Shown here piece after piece: positions 36,957 to 49,838 of a stretch of DNA of 64,000 bases. Under the pieces are notes generated by a model. That model did no database searches and was not told the DNA's origin. It saw only the letters and a program-made list of their open reading frames with translations. The translations under genes were made by a program, and so were the position numbers. The stretch comes from Calcarisporiella thermophila CBS 279.70 (taxonomy: Eukaryota > Fungi > Calcarisporiellomycota): positions 827,647 through 891,646 of the forward strand of contig NW_027192197.1 of assembly GCF_041956535.1 (NCBI RefSeq), in the 5' to 3' direction. Positions within the stretch are counted from its first letter, which is position 1; every line of letters starts with the position of its first letter.

Positions 36957-38007
36957 TTAGATCAGCCGTAGATAATTACTAGGGACAATTCCCACCGTCC
37001 CATCTAGTTTTCTCGCCTGCCACCAGCGGCCGTTAGTAGACGCAATTGCCATGATTTCATCCTTTTCGAACGAGATCTCGTTAGGATCTTCTGGGTTGGC
37101 ATTGTATTTGTAAAGTGCTATGAAAAATTTAGGTGAATATCAGAACGATAATCCTCACGGTGCTCATCATCGTTAGAATACCTTTAGCCTTGTAGTTATA
37201 TTCCACATTTTGCTGAAGGGTGCTGAGTGGGCGCACGCGACCCCTAGATCCCGGTGTTAATCCCAAAGAATTGATAGAAGAGGTTGTCGCTCCGCCTGCA
37301 TCGACAATATCTGTGTTCGCACCCATCACAACCGCCCGCGGTGGAGCTGCGATTTTTTCACTTTCTTGTGCACGCGAAGTCTTCCCGTTGACATTTTGAC
37401 CGGAGAAACTGTTCCCTTCGCGTCCAAAATAAACTATCCAGGAAAACTATTATACAAGAACGACACTGAGTTTGATTTGATTTCATCGGCTAAAAAGTTG
37501 GGCTTACTACCTGCGCTATCAATATAAGTATGCAGCCCGCTGCACCGGCCTGCGCAGGTGCGAATGGCGAAACAGTGCCACCAGGAGTGCTCACCAAAGT
37601 TACGCCCAAAAGCACAGAAGCAAGCTGGCTCAATATAGTAATGCTATAAACCAATAATCCTACAATCTAGAGCAAAACGGCACCTTAGCAACAAGTTTTT
37701 TGTGACATATATAAAGCAGTGTACCATCACTCTGTAATTCCATAATTGCTCAGTGAGAAACACGTAGCTAATGCCTATCAGCAGAACGAGTTCATAGATA
37801 GCCATCCACCAGAGGATTCCGAAATCGCGTATGGCAATTGCGCCAGAAAATAAGATAACCCAGCCGGCCTAGAAGGTCAGAGATTCAAGCCTTAGCTGTG
37901 GATGTAAGTTTGAGGGAAATACCACAAGGGCTTCTTACTGTGTCTAGCGCCAGTGTTCCGAGCGCGAAAGCATTCCCCGTAACACGAGCAACTTTCATCT
38001 CGGCCAT
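36957..38007 (-). CDS. SHO1: High-osmolarity sensor Sho1 (4 TM segments + SH3), multi-exon
   Basis: Four hydrophobic segments ending WIVYFG and a C-terminal SH3 [38 protein letters not shown]. Confidence 0.9.
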
Positions 38008-38786
38008 GCTTGAATTATGGAAAAGATGAAGACGCGCCAAAAATAAAAGAATGTGGTGAAAGTAATGAAAGTAATGAATTTAAAGAATGGAAGAAAATAA
38101 TTCTAACGCTTTTTTGTTCTCCTTTGCCTGTAACGTTGAATTACAAAGGGGTAGGAGGGATCTATTATTTTTTTGAACCGAAACCTCACCCAGCCGCCAC
38201 TGGTCAGAGAAACGTTTTTAAGCAATCTTTCAGCTCTCCCAAGAGAAATTCATTTTGACGAATTAGTAAAATTGCCGCAGCAGCTCCATTGAAAACTTAA
38301 TTCCGTCATCCTTATTGCTTATCTTTGATTAATAATGTAAATCAATAATAGTGAGCGCCTACAATTACTTTCTTTCCATCTACACCTATTCTTACATCCC
38401 ATCCCAATCCATTTCGCCGCTTTCATGCAGCTCCACTAACTTTACAAATCTCATCGATATAGTCACTATCTTTTTCTCTATCCTTTCTTCCGGAAATCTT
38501 AATTTTGTCAAATGGCAAATAAATTTCGTGACTGCTTTTATTTGTGATCGAAGAGTTCATTGGGTGAAAATTGCACAATGTTAAGGGACGAGCACGAACG
38601 ACTGAAAAAAACTAGATAAAGGCGTTGGTCCTAATGTTCGACTCTCCCCCACTCTATCCTCCCTGTATCTTACTCCAACTCTCTCGAAGAGGAGTGTATT
38701 CTACTTCTTCTCTTGTTTTCTTTCGACAACCTTGCTTCTCATTCCCCCCCCCCACACACTCTCGAGTTTCTCTAAACTCCGTGAAT

Positions 38787-41700
38787 ATGGTTCTTCTAAC
38801 AACATATCTACTTTTTAAACTTGCACAAGAGGCTATAGCCTCCAGCAAAACGAACCCTCCCCAAAATTTCAGTGACCCTGCTCTATTAAAGCAATATGTT
38901 CATACGGTTGTATCTGCCGGTTCTGCTGAAGATATCGACGAGGAGACCCGCTCTACACGCTCTTCTTCCGAAAATACGGTTGTCGATGAACCAGCTAGCC
39001 TACGACTGAAGGAAAGACACTCAGCCCTTCCTTCTGGACCCTTTGATACTCCTCAACTTGTCGATGGGCAGACTGCAGTCGCATTCGCTGCATATGCGTT
39101 ATCGGAACTTGCTTTCTTTTATCCTCTATTGCCAGAGGGCTATCTAGGCGAGGAGTCAGAGTACTGGGCCAAGAAAGGCTTGGAAAATGCGAGAGGAAAT
39201 ACACCGAAAGTGGTGAAGATGGAGACTCGCCCTGGCTCACTGAATGCAGTGCTTGGTGCCGCAAACTCTACGGCCTCTCCGATTTCAGTACTGACGAGCT
39301 CAGCAGCCATTCCCTCTATGATTCCCAACATGCATGCCATTGCAAACTCGAAAAAGCCCGTTGTGTTCCATGTGAAATCGGCATCTCTTGATTCCCAGCT
39401 TACCTCGGTTGCGAATCAATCGGATGTGCTCGCTGCCCGTCATACTGGCTTCGCCTTCCTAGCTTCCGGCACCGTGCAAGAGGCGCATGATTTTGCAATT
39501 ATCGCACATTTAGCGGCCCTTCGCTCTGGCCTTCCCATACTACATCATTTCGATGATAATATTGCCAGGAACCTGAGCCAAATTCAAATCGTGTCATACG
39601 ATCAGTTGAAGGAGCTGGAATCTCTAAGTGAACGACAGCCTGGGCTGTCATTCTACCGCGCCCAGCAGGTCATCCAGGATGCCATGAATATTTTTGCTCG
39701 TGTGACAGGAAGACAGTACAAGACATATGAATATACTGGCTCACAGGAAGCAGAAACGGTGATCATTGCTCATGGCGCTTTGGCTAACATTGCTAAAACT
39801 GCTATCGCGAAAAATAAGGTTTGCAAACATACATTTTTTTCCCTCATTTTCATTAGTGAATTAAGTTTTTATTTATCCTTTCGTTATCTAGTATGGAGTA
39901 GTCAACATCCGAGTGTATCGCCCCTGGTCAGAGGATGAATTTCTCGCAGCTCTACCCGCCGCAGTGAAGCGCGTCCTAATCCTGGAAGAGGGTGAAATTG
40001 CCACAGCACCTGGAACCCTCTTCCTTGATGTTGCTGCCTCCATCCTTCTTGGCCGAGGATTTGCCCATAGCCGCCCGACACTTGTCAATGCCCCCACACC
40101 AGCTCACTTTGATATTCGCGTCGCACATATTAAACTTGCACTCAAGGAAGCCGAAACCGAGCGCCTTATTGATTTCCGCAGTGAAATATTCGCGAATCTG
40201 CCTTCAGAGAAGCAAGAAGATGCTCCAGCGCCGAGGAAAGCTGTCTTCTGGGACATCGAGAACTCTCCTACTGCCACTGTTGCCAAGCGTTCAGTTTCGG
40301 TGGTATCATCAGCTGGTCATAATGTGAACTCCGTCGTTTCACGAGACGCTTATCAACCTATTGGCAGCGTTGTTAATACGCAGGTCGCCTTCTCCAAAGC
40401 AGCCCATGTGGTAGGACTAGATGGACTTGCGGATTATATTGCTGTACACGACATCTCGTTGCTCAAAACCTACGACGTCCTTGCCACTGCTCGAGATGGA
40501 GCAACTTTGGTTGTGAATTCAAGCATCGAATCATTGGAGAAGCTTCCTGAAATTGCGAAAGTGCATCTAGCAAAGAAGCTTGGTCTGCAAGTGTATTTAA
40601 TTGATGCCGGAAAGCTCGCTGGTGACTTGGGACTCGATGGCAGCAGCGTCCATGGCATCCTACTTGGCTTATTCTTGAAACTTAATGACCTGGAGTCGGA
40701 CGCTTCTCTACAGGCGGCCATTAGCTCCGAATACGATAATGAAGAAAAAGTCGAAGCGTTGATTCGGTCCATAGTCGAGAAGACTCTATCCAACGTGCAG
40801 CGATTTGAGATTCCTTTGGAGTGGAAAGACATTGCTATTGCGGAGGATGCCGCTGCACTTCTCACCATCAGCCATCACTCTGCTGTGTCAGATAAAGATT
40901 ATGCTATCCATTCCAAGAAGATCAGCGATGAGGAATCCTCCGTCGTTCCGGCTAAACTCTACAGTTGGCATCAGAGTGCATGGCATCTAATTTTCCGAGA
41001 GGCTTATGGCACGGAATACTCACTCCATCCTGAAAGCCGCGAGAAGAAATTCCTCATTAGCGTGTCGGAGAATCGCCGACTTACTCCTTTGGATTATGAC
41101 CGCAACGTATTCCACATGGAGTTTGATACCACAGGCACGGGTTTGCGTTACGAAATCGGTGATGCCCTTGGTGTTTATGGGCATAACGATCCTGAACAAG
41201 TGCTTGCATTCTTGCAGTGGTATGGTGTAGATCCTCTGCAAACTGTCGTGATGCCCGCGCCCGAGGGCGTGATGTCTCAGGAATCACGCACTTTGCTTCA
41301 ATTGTTCACCCAGCATTTGGACCTCTTCGGCCGACCGTCCAAACGATTCTACGAGTCGCTTGCCGGGTATTCCACGGACGAAAAAGAGCGCGCCAAGCTG
41401 TTGCATCTCGTCTCGAGCGAGGGTGCCGCGGAATACAAATCTCGAGTTGAAGACACCGTCACCTATGCGGATCTCCTCCGTGAATTTACGTCCGCGAGGC
41501 CACCTGTGTCCGATTTAGTTGCACTAATTGCTCCCATTAAGCCGCGCCATTACTCAATTGCGTCTTCGCAACGTATGCATCCGAACTCGGTGCATCTGCT
41601 AGTGGTTGCAGTGGACTGGCAAACGAAGTCGGGCGAAGTTCGTCAAGGTCAGTGTACTCGTTACCTTGCTAACTTGCGGGTTGGTGACCAGGTCACCGTG

Positions 41701-42198
41701 AGCATCAAGCCATCGGTAATGCGCCTCCCGCCCTTGGATTCGCAGCCAGTCTTAATGGCCGGACTTGGAACAGGCATGGCTCCATTCCGTGCATTCTTGC
41801 AGGAGAGGGAGATGGCAAGACGGGAAGGACGAAAGGTGGGTCCAATGATCCTTTACTTCGGATCAAGACATCGCAGCATGGAATATCTCTATGGCGAAGA
41901 GCTTGAGGTGTATTCCGAAGATGGCCTTCTCACCAGGCTTGGGCTTGCCTTCTCTCGCGATCAGGCACAAAAAATTTATATTCAGCACCGTATGAAGGAG
42001 GATTCTGCTTTGCTCTATCGACATCTAGTGGAAGAGAACGGGCACTTTTATCTCTGCGGGCCCACTTGGCCAGTACCCGATGTAAAGGAGGCAATTGTGC
42101 AAAGTATGGTAGAGTGCGGCGGAAAAACGGCTGCACAGGCGAGTGCTTTTATTGAGGAATTAAAGGAAAAGGAACGCTATGTGCTTGAAGTGTATTAA
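38787..42198 (+). CDS. MET10: Sulfite reductase [NADPH] flavoprotein alpha subunit
   Basis: PFOR-like N-terminus, then RRLTPLDYDRNVFHMEFD, PRHYSIASS, GLGTGMAPFR and FYLCGPTWP, ending RYVLEVY. One intron at about 39819-39890. Confidence 0.93.
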
Positions 42199-42867
42199 TA
42201 TCATTTTGTTTACTATTCCACCAATATTGTATTGAGCTTTTCCCATTAGATCGATATTGCACTATGCTATTTATTATTCTATTTTTTTTTTTTACTTTTA
42301 TTGAAGGATGGTTGATGATTCTAATTGACAAAATATATTTTCATTTATTGATTTTTTTTGCTTATATTCAAAAACTGAAACGACAAGGGAGTGTGGTTCC
42401 CTCGCTAAGAAACGCATAGGAATGCTTTTAAGTCACTTCTAGACTGGCTGACACTCCAACCAAACGTTTTAAGCTGCATTAAAGAGAGATTTACTAGCTC
42501 ATTGCGGATTCGTATAGGGTCATAGCTCGAATCCATATTCCAGTACTTCATATCTTGAGAGCTAACTGACATTTCGGTAGTAAGCCTTAGTTGTAAACTA
42601 AATAGAAAGTTTTATTAAAGTAGAATACCCTGAAAAGCAGGATTTGTTTGAGATATCATTTCATATATGCTACCCGTACACTCGCAAATATTATCGGAAT
42701 AATTAAAAGGCATATTCTCTTCGTAAGGATAAGTAACACGGATTCGCTCGTCAAGTTTCTAGGGAGCATCAAAAGGAGAGTAAGCATATGCACTGTTTCC
42801 CATACTTTCATTTAAATATCCATTTGTTCGGTTGGGTAAAACTTACACAATAATGGCAGGCGATATA

Positions 42868-42948
42868 TCAAGAAGCTCCGGCTCCTGCTTGGAAGCAGAG
42901 ACCGAAGCAGGCACAGCAAGCACACAGGCATTCGCAAAGATGAGCCAT
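42868..42948 (-). CDS. Putative 26-aa cysteine-rich micropeptide MAHLCECLCACCACFGLCFQAGAGAS
   Basis: ATG to TGA ORF with 7 Cys. A TATTTAAA lies about 85 nt upstream and a GTAAGT donor just after the stop. It is below the ORF-track cutoff. Confidence 0.55.
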   Translation of the reverse strand: MAHLCECLCACCACFGLCFQAGAGAS

Positions 42949-45214
42949 GAACTCGGTGGTTGCGCTACTCTTTTCAGTAACTTCTTGCAATTTAAGGGGG
43001 AGGGTCGACGGAGAGACGGCGTGAGACTGTTTAAATAGACCTGAGAAAGTCTTTGGCTAAGCGTGATATCCTGTCACAAAAATATGCTCTTGAAATAGCT
43101 AGATACCGATTGTGTAAATGTTGCCAAAAACTGGACTTGAACTCTAATGCATTTGGTTAGCAACCCATGCTGAGATATTTCGAGAACTAAAGAATAATTC
43201 CGAGCCATACTTTGGTTCCAATCCATTCAGGCAAAACATGTCTACTCTGCTTCCAACGCCGATGTTTCAATGTGCATTTTAATTGCCATGAAACCCGGGA
43301 TTGAATTCCATCATGGCTGCAGAGACCAAAAATAAACTTAACACTGCAATCGAAATAAAATCGTTTATCCTACTACGACATTTTCCCCTCGGAGCCGGTG
43401 CTCTAGCCAATATGATTATTGGCCGAGTATATTAAGTTGACGTGATGTTGGAAATTCAGTCTCTGATTTTCAGGCCGCCAACTATTCTCTGTGGTAATAC
43501 AAGTATTAGCTCGGTACACTATTCTTTCGTTAAATTATAGTTATTATCAGCTCCGAAAACATGAAGAAGCTTTTGTATCCATGACAACCAAGACAACCTT
43601 AGTAATTTGTATGTTATATTTTATTTTCTATTTGCTTATTCATTTCTTAGTGGACTTTCGCCGTTTATTTCAAATTTTAATAACATTTTCCAATCGTACT
43701 AGTGAAATGCTGACAGAAGCGGTAGTGGCTCAGTGTGAATACCCTAGACACGGGAAATTATAAATAGTTGACTATGCTCAATGGTGCCATATTAAAAGAA
43801 AGGGAGAGTAGAGCGCAAATTAAAGACACCATAGTCTCCTATATAGATAATTCATACAAGTCAGATTACTAACATACAATGCATCATCGTGTATTTGTAT
43901 TGACGTAAACGCCTGCGAGTAAAAGGCATTTCTTATGGTATCCTCAGTATTTGTACCTCAAATAGGTTTCAATAGGCTAGGCAATGGCTTTGATCCATAT
44001 GTACCACAGTAAAAAATCCCCTTGTTCACAAGCAGTTTTATAGGATTAATTCAATCTCCTGCGTTGTTCTAAACTATCATATCTTTCCAAGTGATATGTG
44101 AGCAAAGAGCTTCCAATTGATAGCGCTTTTCTCACATATTTCGTCTCTTCTTCCAATACGTTCATCTACCCTCCCCCTCTCGCCCTTGTAGATTTAGCAC
44201 TCACTACTCTTTCATATATACTGAGCGATGCAGTTATCATCCAGGATTGCTATTATGGTCTTTGTTGCGCCCTGTTCTCAAATCTCTTTTACACGCCAAC
44301 TCCTACAGTTCCTCTTTATCGACATAGACGTTAAAATAAAATTTATGTACAGTATTTTTAAATTTTACAGAGTGACATATTATACGGCGAGTTATCTACT
44401 ATGGCAAGCTATTTTTTGGTTATCCTAAGTCCAATGAATGAATTCGAAACTCTTCTTTTACGGTCCAAGCCCAAACTCAAGCACCTTGATATAGGGTATG
44501 ATTGGCACGCAAATCTGTTTTGGACATTCCGTGCACGTGCGGTTTGAATATTGGCATTGGTAATCAGTTGGGCAATCTAAGTGACATCGGCGCATAATAC
44601 GGGAACAGTTTCTGCATTCTTAAGGTGATATGTGAGTTGTGCTTCGCTCCCCCTCTATAAATATGTTCCTCAGCTTACCTTCTTTTAGAACGCATTTTGC
44701 GGACCCACAGCTATAGCAGGTAGGCTCTTCAATTTCACATTTCTCGTAATCTTTGCATTTGGGACAAATGGGGTAGGTGAAACAATTGATGCAAGGTTCT
44801 TGTAGTTGGCCCTCAATATGTTCTATAAAGTATTATATAAATATATATTTAGAAAGAGCGTATTAAGAAAAAAAGCCCCAATTAAAAAAGTACCTCTGCC
44901 ATAGATATAAAGCGTAGCAGAAAACTGTATAAATAGCATAAGAACTAATAAAAATAAAGAATGTCTTCCAATCATGTCGCCAAAGTGAGAGTGAGAAAAA
45001 AAAGGCGAAAGAACTTTAATAAAAGGAAAATGTCATGAAATTAAATGGTTGAATCGGGAATCGAAATAAAACCAAGTGTTGGTGACGTAGTTGGCCCAAG
45101 TCGAGACTGCACATTAAGCTTTATGTGACTTCTCTAATTAAAGCCATTATGCGGGTAGCGACCCTGCTTCTCCATCTAAAACCGCCGTCTTCGCCTCATC
45201 TCGACGATAAATAG

Positions 45215-46935
45215 ATGAAAATTCTAAATACATCTCTGGCACTCCTCACGTCCCTCCTCGCTTTTGGACGCGTCACAGCACAGTTCCGGCAGTTGACACG
45301 TGAGAATTTCAATAATGTCATCTCAGAGGAAAAAGTGTAAGTTAACTGGCCGCGCTCTCGAATTAATATCCCATCATTAACAAGAACAATCATCAGCATA
45401 ATGGTGGAGTTTTTTGCGCCATGGTGTGGTGTCTGCCAGGCGTTCGAGCCTCACTATGAAGCGGCGGCAAAAGATCTAAAGTTACAGGACATCCCACTAG
45501 CAAAGGTGAACTGTGATGAGGAGGAGGAGCTATGCAATGAGTACGATATTGGCGGATTTCCTACTCTCAAAGTGTTCAAGAATGGTCACGAAGAAGCAGA
45601 GTACCAAGGACCATTGGACCAAGCAGGTGTAGTTGGATACATGAAAAGGTAAGCATGGGAATTGGGTGGTCCCACATCCTCAAGATATTCCTCAACATAT
45701 ATACCTTTACTACTAGGCAATCTTTACCTACCATTTCAGAGTTGTCGGTGGAGACAGTTAGCGGATTTGAGGACGTGGATTCTGTAGTCATTGTGGGATT
45801 TCTTGACGAACAAGAGTCGCGCAGAATACTGAGCGAGGTTGCAGAAGAACTTCACGAAGATTATGTGTTTGGTGTGGCTCCCGTCGAAGCCGCCGCTAAA
45901 TTCAACCTCGAAGCTCCTTCCATCGTGATATTCAAGAATTTTGAGGAATCGCCCGAAGATTCGCGCGAAGTTCTCACTGGGCACTTCACCCAGGAACAGC
46001 TCGAGCAGTTCATTGAGAATGGAGTGCAGCCGATCGTGGAAGAACTCACACCCACCAATGCAGGATCCCCATCTGATCTTCCAATTGCGTACCTGTTTAT
46101 CAATAACGAAGCCCAGAAAAAGGAGTTGGTACCAGAGCTTAAGCGCCTCGCACGCGAGTACAAGGGCAAGATGGTATTCGTGTGGGCGGATGTGTCGAAG
46201 CATGAAGATGAGATATTTGAAATCCTTGCTCTGAAGAATATATTCCCTGCTTTCGCGATACAGAATCCAATCAACTCCCTTAAATACCCACTGGACCAAT
46301 CTAGCCCGTTCACGTTGGATGCGGTGCGTGAACACTTGAAGAGTTTCATCCAGGGCGAGCTCAAGCATACAATTCGCTCTCAACCCGTCCCGGAGAAGAA
46401 CGAGGGACCTGTGGCGGTTGTGGTTGGAAGTAGCTTCGAGGCGTTCGTGAACGATCCCACCAAAGATGTGTTCATCGAGTTCTATGCCCCCTGGTGCGGA
46501 TATTGTAAGAAACTTGCCCCCATCTGGGAGCAGCTGGGCGAGGTGATTCAGAAAGGCGACAACAAAAATATTGTCGTGGCCAAGATTGACGCTACAGCGA
46601 ACGATCTGCCCGAATCAGCAGAAGTGTACGGATACCCGATGATGAAGCTATACAAGGCCACAGAGAAGCCCGGTGAGAAAGTTGTGCTCGACTACGAAGG
46701 AAAACGAACGTTGAGAGACTTAGTCTCCTTCCTGAAGGAGCATGCCACCAATAAGGTGGAGATTATTGGTGAGCTGCCTGCGGAGATCGAAGAGGAGTGG
46801 GCGGAGGAGGGGGAGGAGGATTCAGAAGAGGCACATGGCTCAGAGGAGGAAGATGAGAATGAAGCGGACACGACGGAAAAGGGAGCTTCTCAAAGCGAAG
46901 TAGGCCATGGAGAAAGAAGACATGACGAGCTGTAA
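45215..46935 (+). CDS. Protein disulfide isomerase family protein (a-b-b'-a'), 3 exons
   Basis: Signal peptide, active sites FFAPWCGVC and FYAPWCGYC, an acidic tail and a C-terminal HDEL. Confidence 0.92.
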
Positions 46936-47320
46936 TTGCTGATATTCCAATTTAATATTTATTTGCTTCACCTTAACATTTTTGTTGCAACCTCGGATGC
47001 GTTAACAAACAAATATCAATAGAATTCTGATCACCCCTCACCCCCTTTCCTCCTCTTTGATGCTCCGAACTTATCGGGCCAAATATTAAGAGTGGGCTGG
47101 AAAATCTAGGGAACTGTTTTGAATCAAGACGGTTCGGGGAAATCCCTGATTGCAATTAAAATGTTTCGTTTCGTCAGAAGATTTCAGAGATCTAATCAAA
47201 TTGCTCGAGCGGACTCCAACCTGAAACCTCCTTTTTTCCCTAATATCCATCGAAACTCAACGGTGGGGAGCACGTTTATTTTTCTATTAGGACTCTAGTA
47301 TAATACACAGAGATTGCTTA

Positions 47321-49296
47321 ATGGATTCATCCGGCCTCATACATCGATCGCCGAGCCCTGCGCTCCATCCGCCTGATGTAGTAGCCGAATCATCTTCGCC
47401 TCGGCTCTCCCTCGGAGGCAATAGCAGTGGAGGGCAACCAAATTCCTTGCAAGTTCCACAGCCAAAGGGGGCGAGACGATCACCCTCACCCCTTCTACTA
47501 AGTGCAGATAAGGGCATCAGTAGTTCCGCATTGCTTTCGCCTAGTCTTATGAACCTTCAGGAACAAATGACAGAGTCAACGGTTCATATTGATGTAAGCC
47601 TAAAATCCGTGCCTCATTCATTTATAGATCTGATTTTCTCTTCTTCCCACTCTCTTTCGATCAGCCCTCGCATGACCACGATCATGTCCTGGACAATTCG
47701 TATCCGTATGGTCATCACCATCACGATCATCACGACCATCACTCCGACCACCACCACGATCACAAACATAATTCTTTTTCCCATCACCATGATACAAACA
47801 CTATAGACAAGCTCAAGTCTCGATATCTTAAACAAGATCACCCTATGAATGATCGTTCGCACAACCACCACCACCATCACGATCATCACGATCATCACGA
47901 CCATACCCATCACTACCACGCGCACCATCACAATGAACACGCTAGCCATGCGCATCATTCCCATCAGACAACGCACTCGACACCCCTCCCTACTCTGTCA
48001 CAAATATTTTCGACGTTGGCGCCGGCTCAAAAGACAATATTTACTTGGGCCCTCTTCCATATGCTTATTGGGTTTGCAGTATGGTTGGTTGGTCAGTCTT
48101 CAGGCAGTCTGGGTAAATATGCCTTAGTGTGTTTGCGATGGAAACATTGCTTAAATGTATTGAACCCGTCTTTGTGTACACGTTCTCGATAGCCATGGTC
48201 GGTTTTTCTTTTGCAATCATTTTTGATGCGCTGGGCGTATTCAATATCTTTATATCGAGTGCAATTGCATCGAATCGCGCCTTTTGGTCAGCAGCCGTTA
48301 AACGGCCGTTCGGGTAAGGACGCGCGGCTATATGAAGGGATAACGTGACGCGGAATGAATTGAGTTTTTCTCTCCTTTGTGTCCTACTACTAGGTTTCAG
48401 AGATTTGAGGTGCTATTTGGATTCTGCACTCTGCTCTACTTGCTCTTTGGGGCAATGTATCTTACCAAGGAAGCCATTGAGCATTTGATGCTGGACCATC
48501 ATGAAGGACACCATGACGAAGACCGAGGGTAGGCTTGAAGGGCTGTTTGCAATTACGGATGAATGCTAATGAGAGCTCTTTATTTTGGTCCCTCTTCCAG
48601 ACTTGCAGTCTCTTTCTTGATGGTCTTTCTAGGGTTGGCCGCAACCGTGATTGGGGCGATTGGATTTCAGAACCATCTTTCGATAGCTTCCTGTGAGTGC
48701 CCTATGCTTCTTTTTGTTTTCAGGCGAACACTCTTTTCAATGATGATCTATCTCTTAAATTAGTAATGAGAACAAACGCACATGGCGGCCTCGCTCAACC
48801 CGCCTTTCTCATCCAAAACCAAAGCGCGGTCTCGGCTATCGTCCAAAGCCCGTTTACTCTGCTCACCTTCGCCTGTGGGTTCGGGGTGATGTTCAACGCC
48901 GTGATGGAGCTCATCGGATACAATGACGGAACCCTGGACAAACTAAGTGCCATTCTACAGACCGTGCTGGCCTACTACTTCGGATGGCCTGCCACGATAG
49001 CCTTGGCAAAACTGCTATTGCAAACCGCGCCCGAGGGAGCTATGCTTGTGCTAGAGGCATGCCTACGCGATATCCGGCAAAATCCCGCCGTCCTCTCGGT
49101 GGACACGGCGCATTTCTGGCAAAATACCTACGGGCAATTGGTTGGGACTCTGCGGGTGCATATTCGGGCGGGGGCTGACGAGCAAGCGGTGCTGGCCCAT
49201 GTCCACCAGCGGCTGGGGTCGCTGGTGGTGGGGAAAACGGTGCAACCCGGAATGGAGTGGCACGGTGAGCTGACGGTAGAGGCCATTCGAGAATAA
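47321..49296 (+). CDS. Cation diffusion facilitator (Zrg17/Msc2-like zinc transporter) with His-rich N-terminus
   Basis: His/Asp-rich tracts, TM segments, RPFG|FQRFEVLFGF, LAKLLLQTAP and a HFWQNTYG..VGTLRV C-terminal domain. Confidence 0.85.
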
Positions 49297-49838
49297 CGGT
49301 CTACCCATGGCTAACTCTACATTTATTTCCACTTCTATTTTATATTCGTTCGTCTCGTTTTTTTCTACTTTTTTTTTCCTGTTCGTTTTGTTTTGTACTA
49401 GACAAGAGGTCGGGCTTAATGGGGCTTATCTATCTGTTTTCTATTTATTTATTTCTTTTTTTTTTTCTCTCTCTCACCCTTTCGCTCTCACTTTTTTTGT
49501 TGCTATTGTTCAATGCACCAGTTTCCGAACGATTTCTTCATCTTCTTCTTTAGTAAGGTATAAAAAAGCAATAGAAATAAAAAGTCTCGGAAACTCTTTT
49601 GATTTCCGAGGCCATATTTAGCTCCATCTCACATCGAAATAAAAATACAATAACCATAGGACAACTTGTTCCATCCACTTCCTGAACAAGGGGAGCGACT
49701 GGGACCAGGGAATGTAGAGAATATAGTGGGGAGAAGTCTAAGGGATACAAGATTAAAGTTGACAAGAGGGGATAGAAAGCAGATGAGAGGATCCGGTCTA
49801 AACGAGAGCAAGGACAGCGCAGAGGGCTCTCCGAAAAT

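Noticed and set aside
43833-43845. Short match (agtctcctata) to the SINE tail
   Set aside because: Only 11 nt, with no poly(A) or flanking similarity. Treated as chance.
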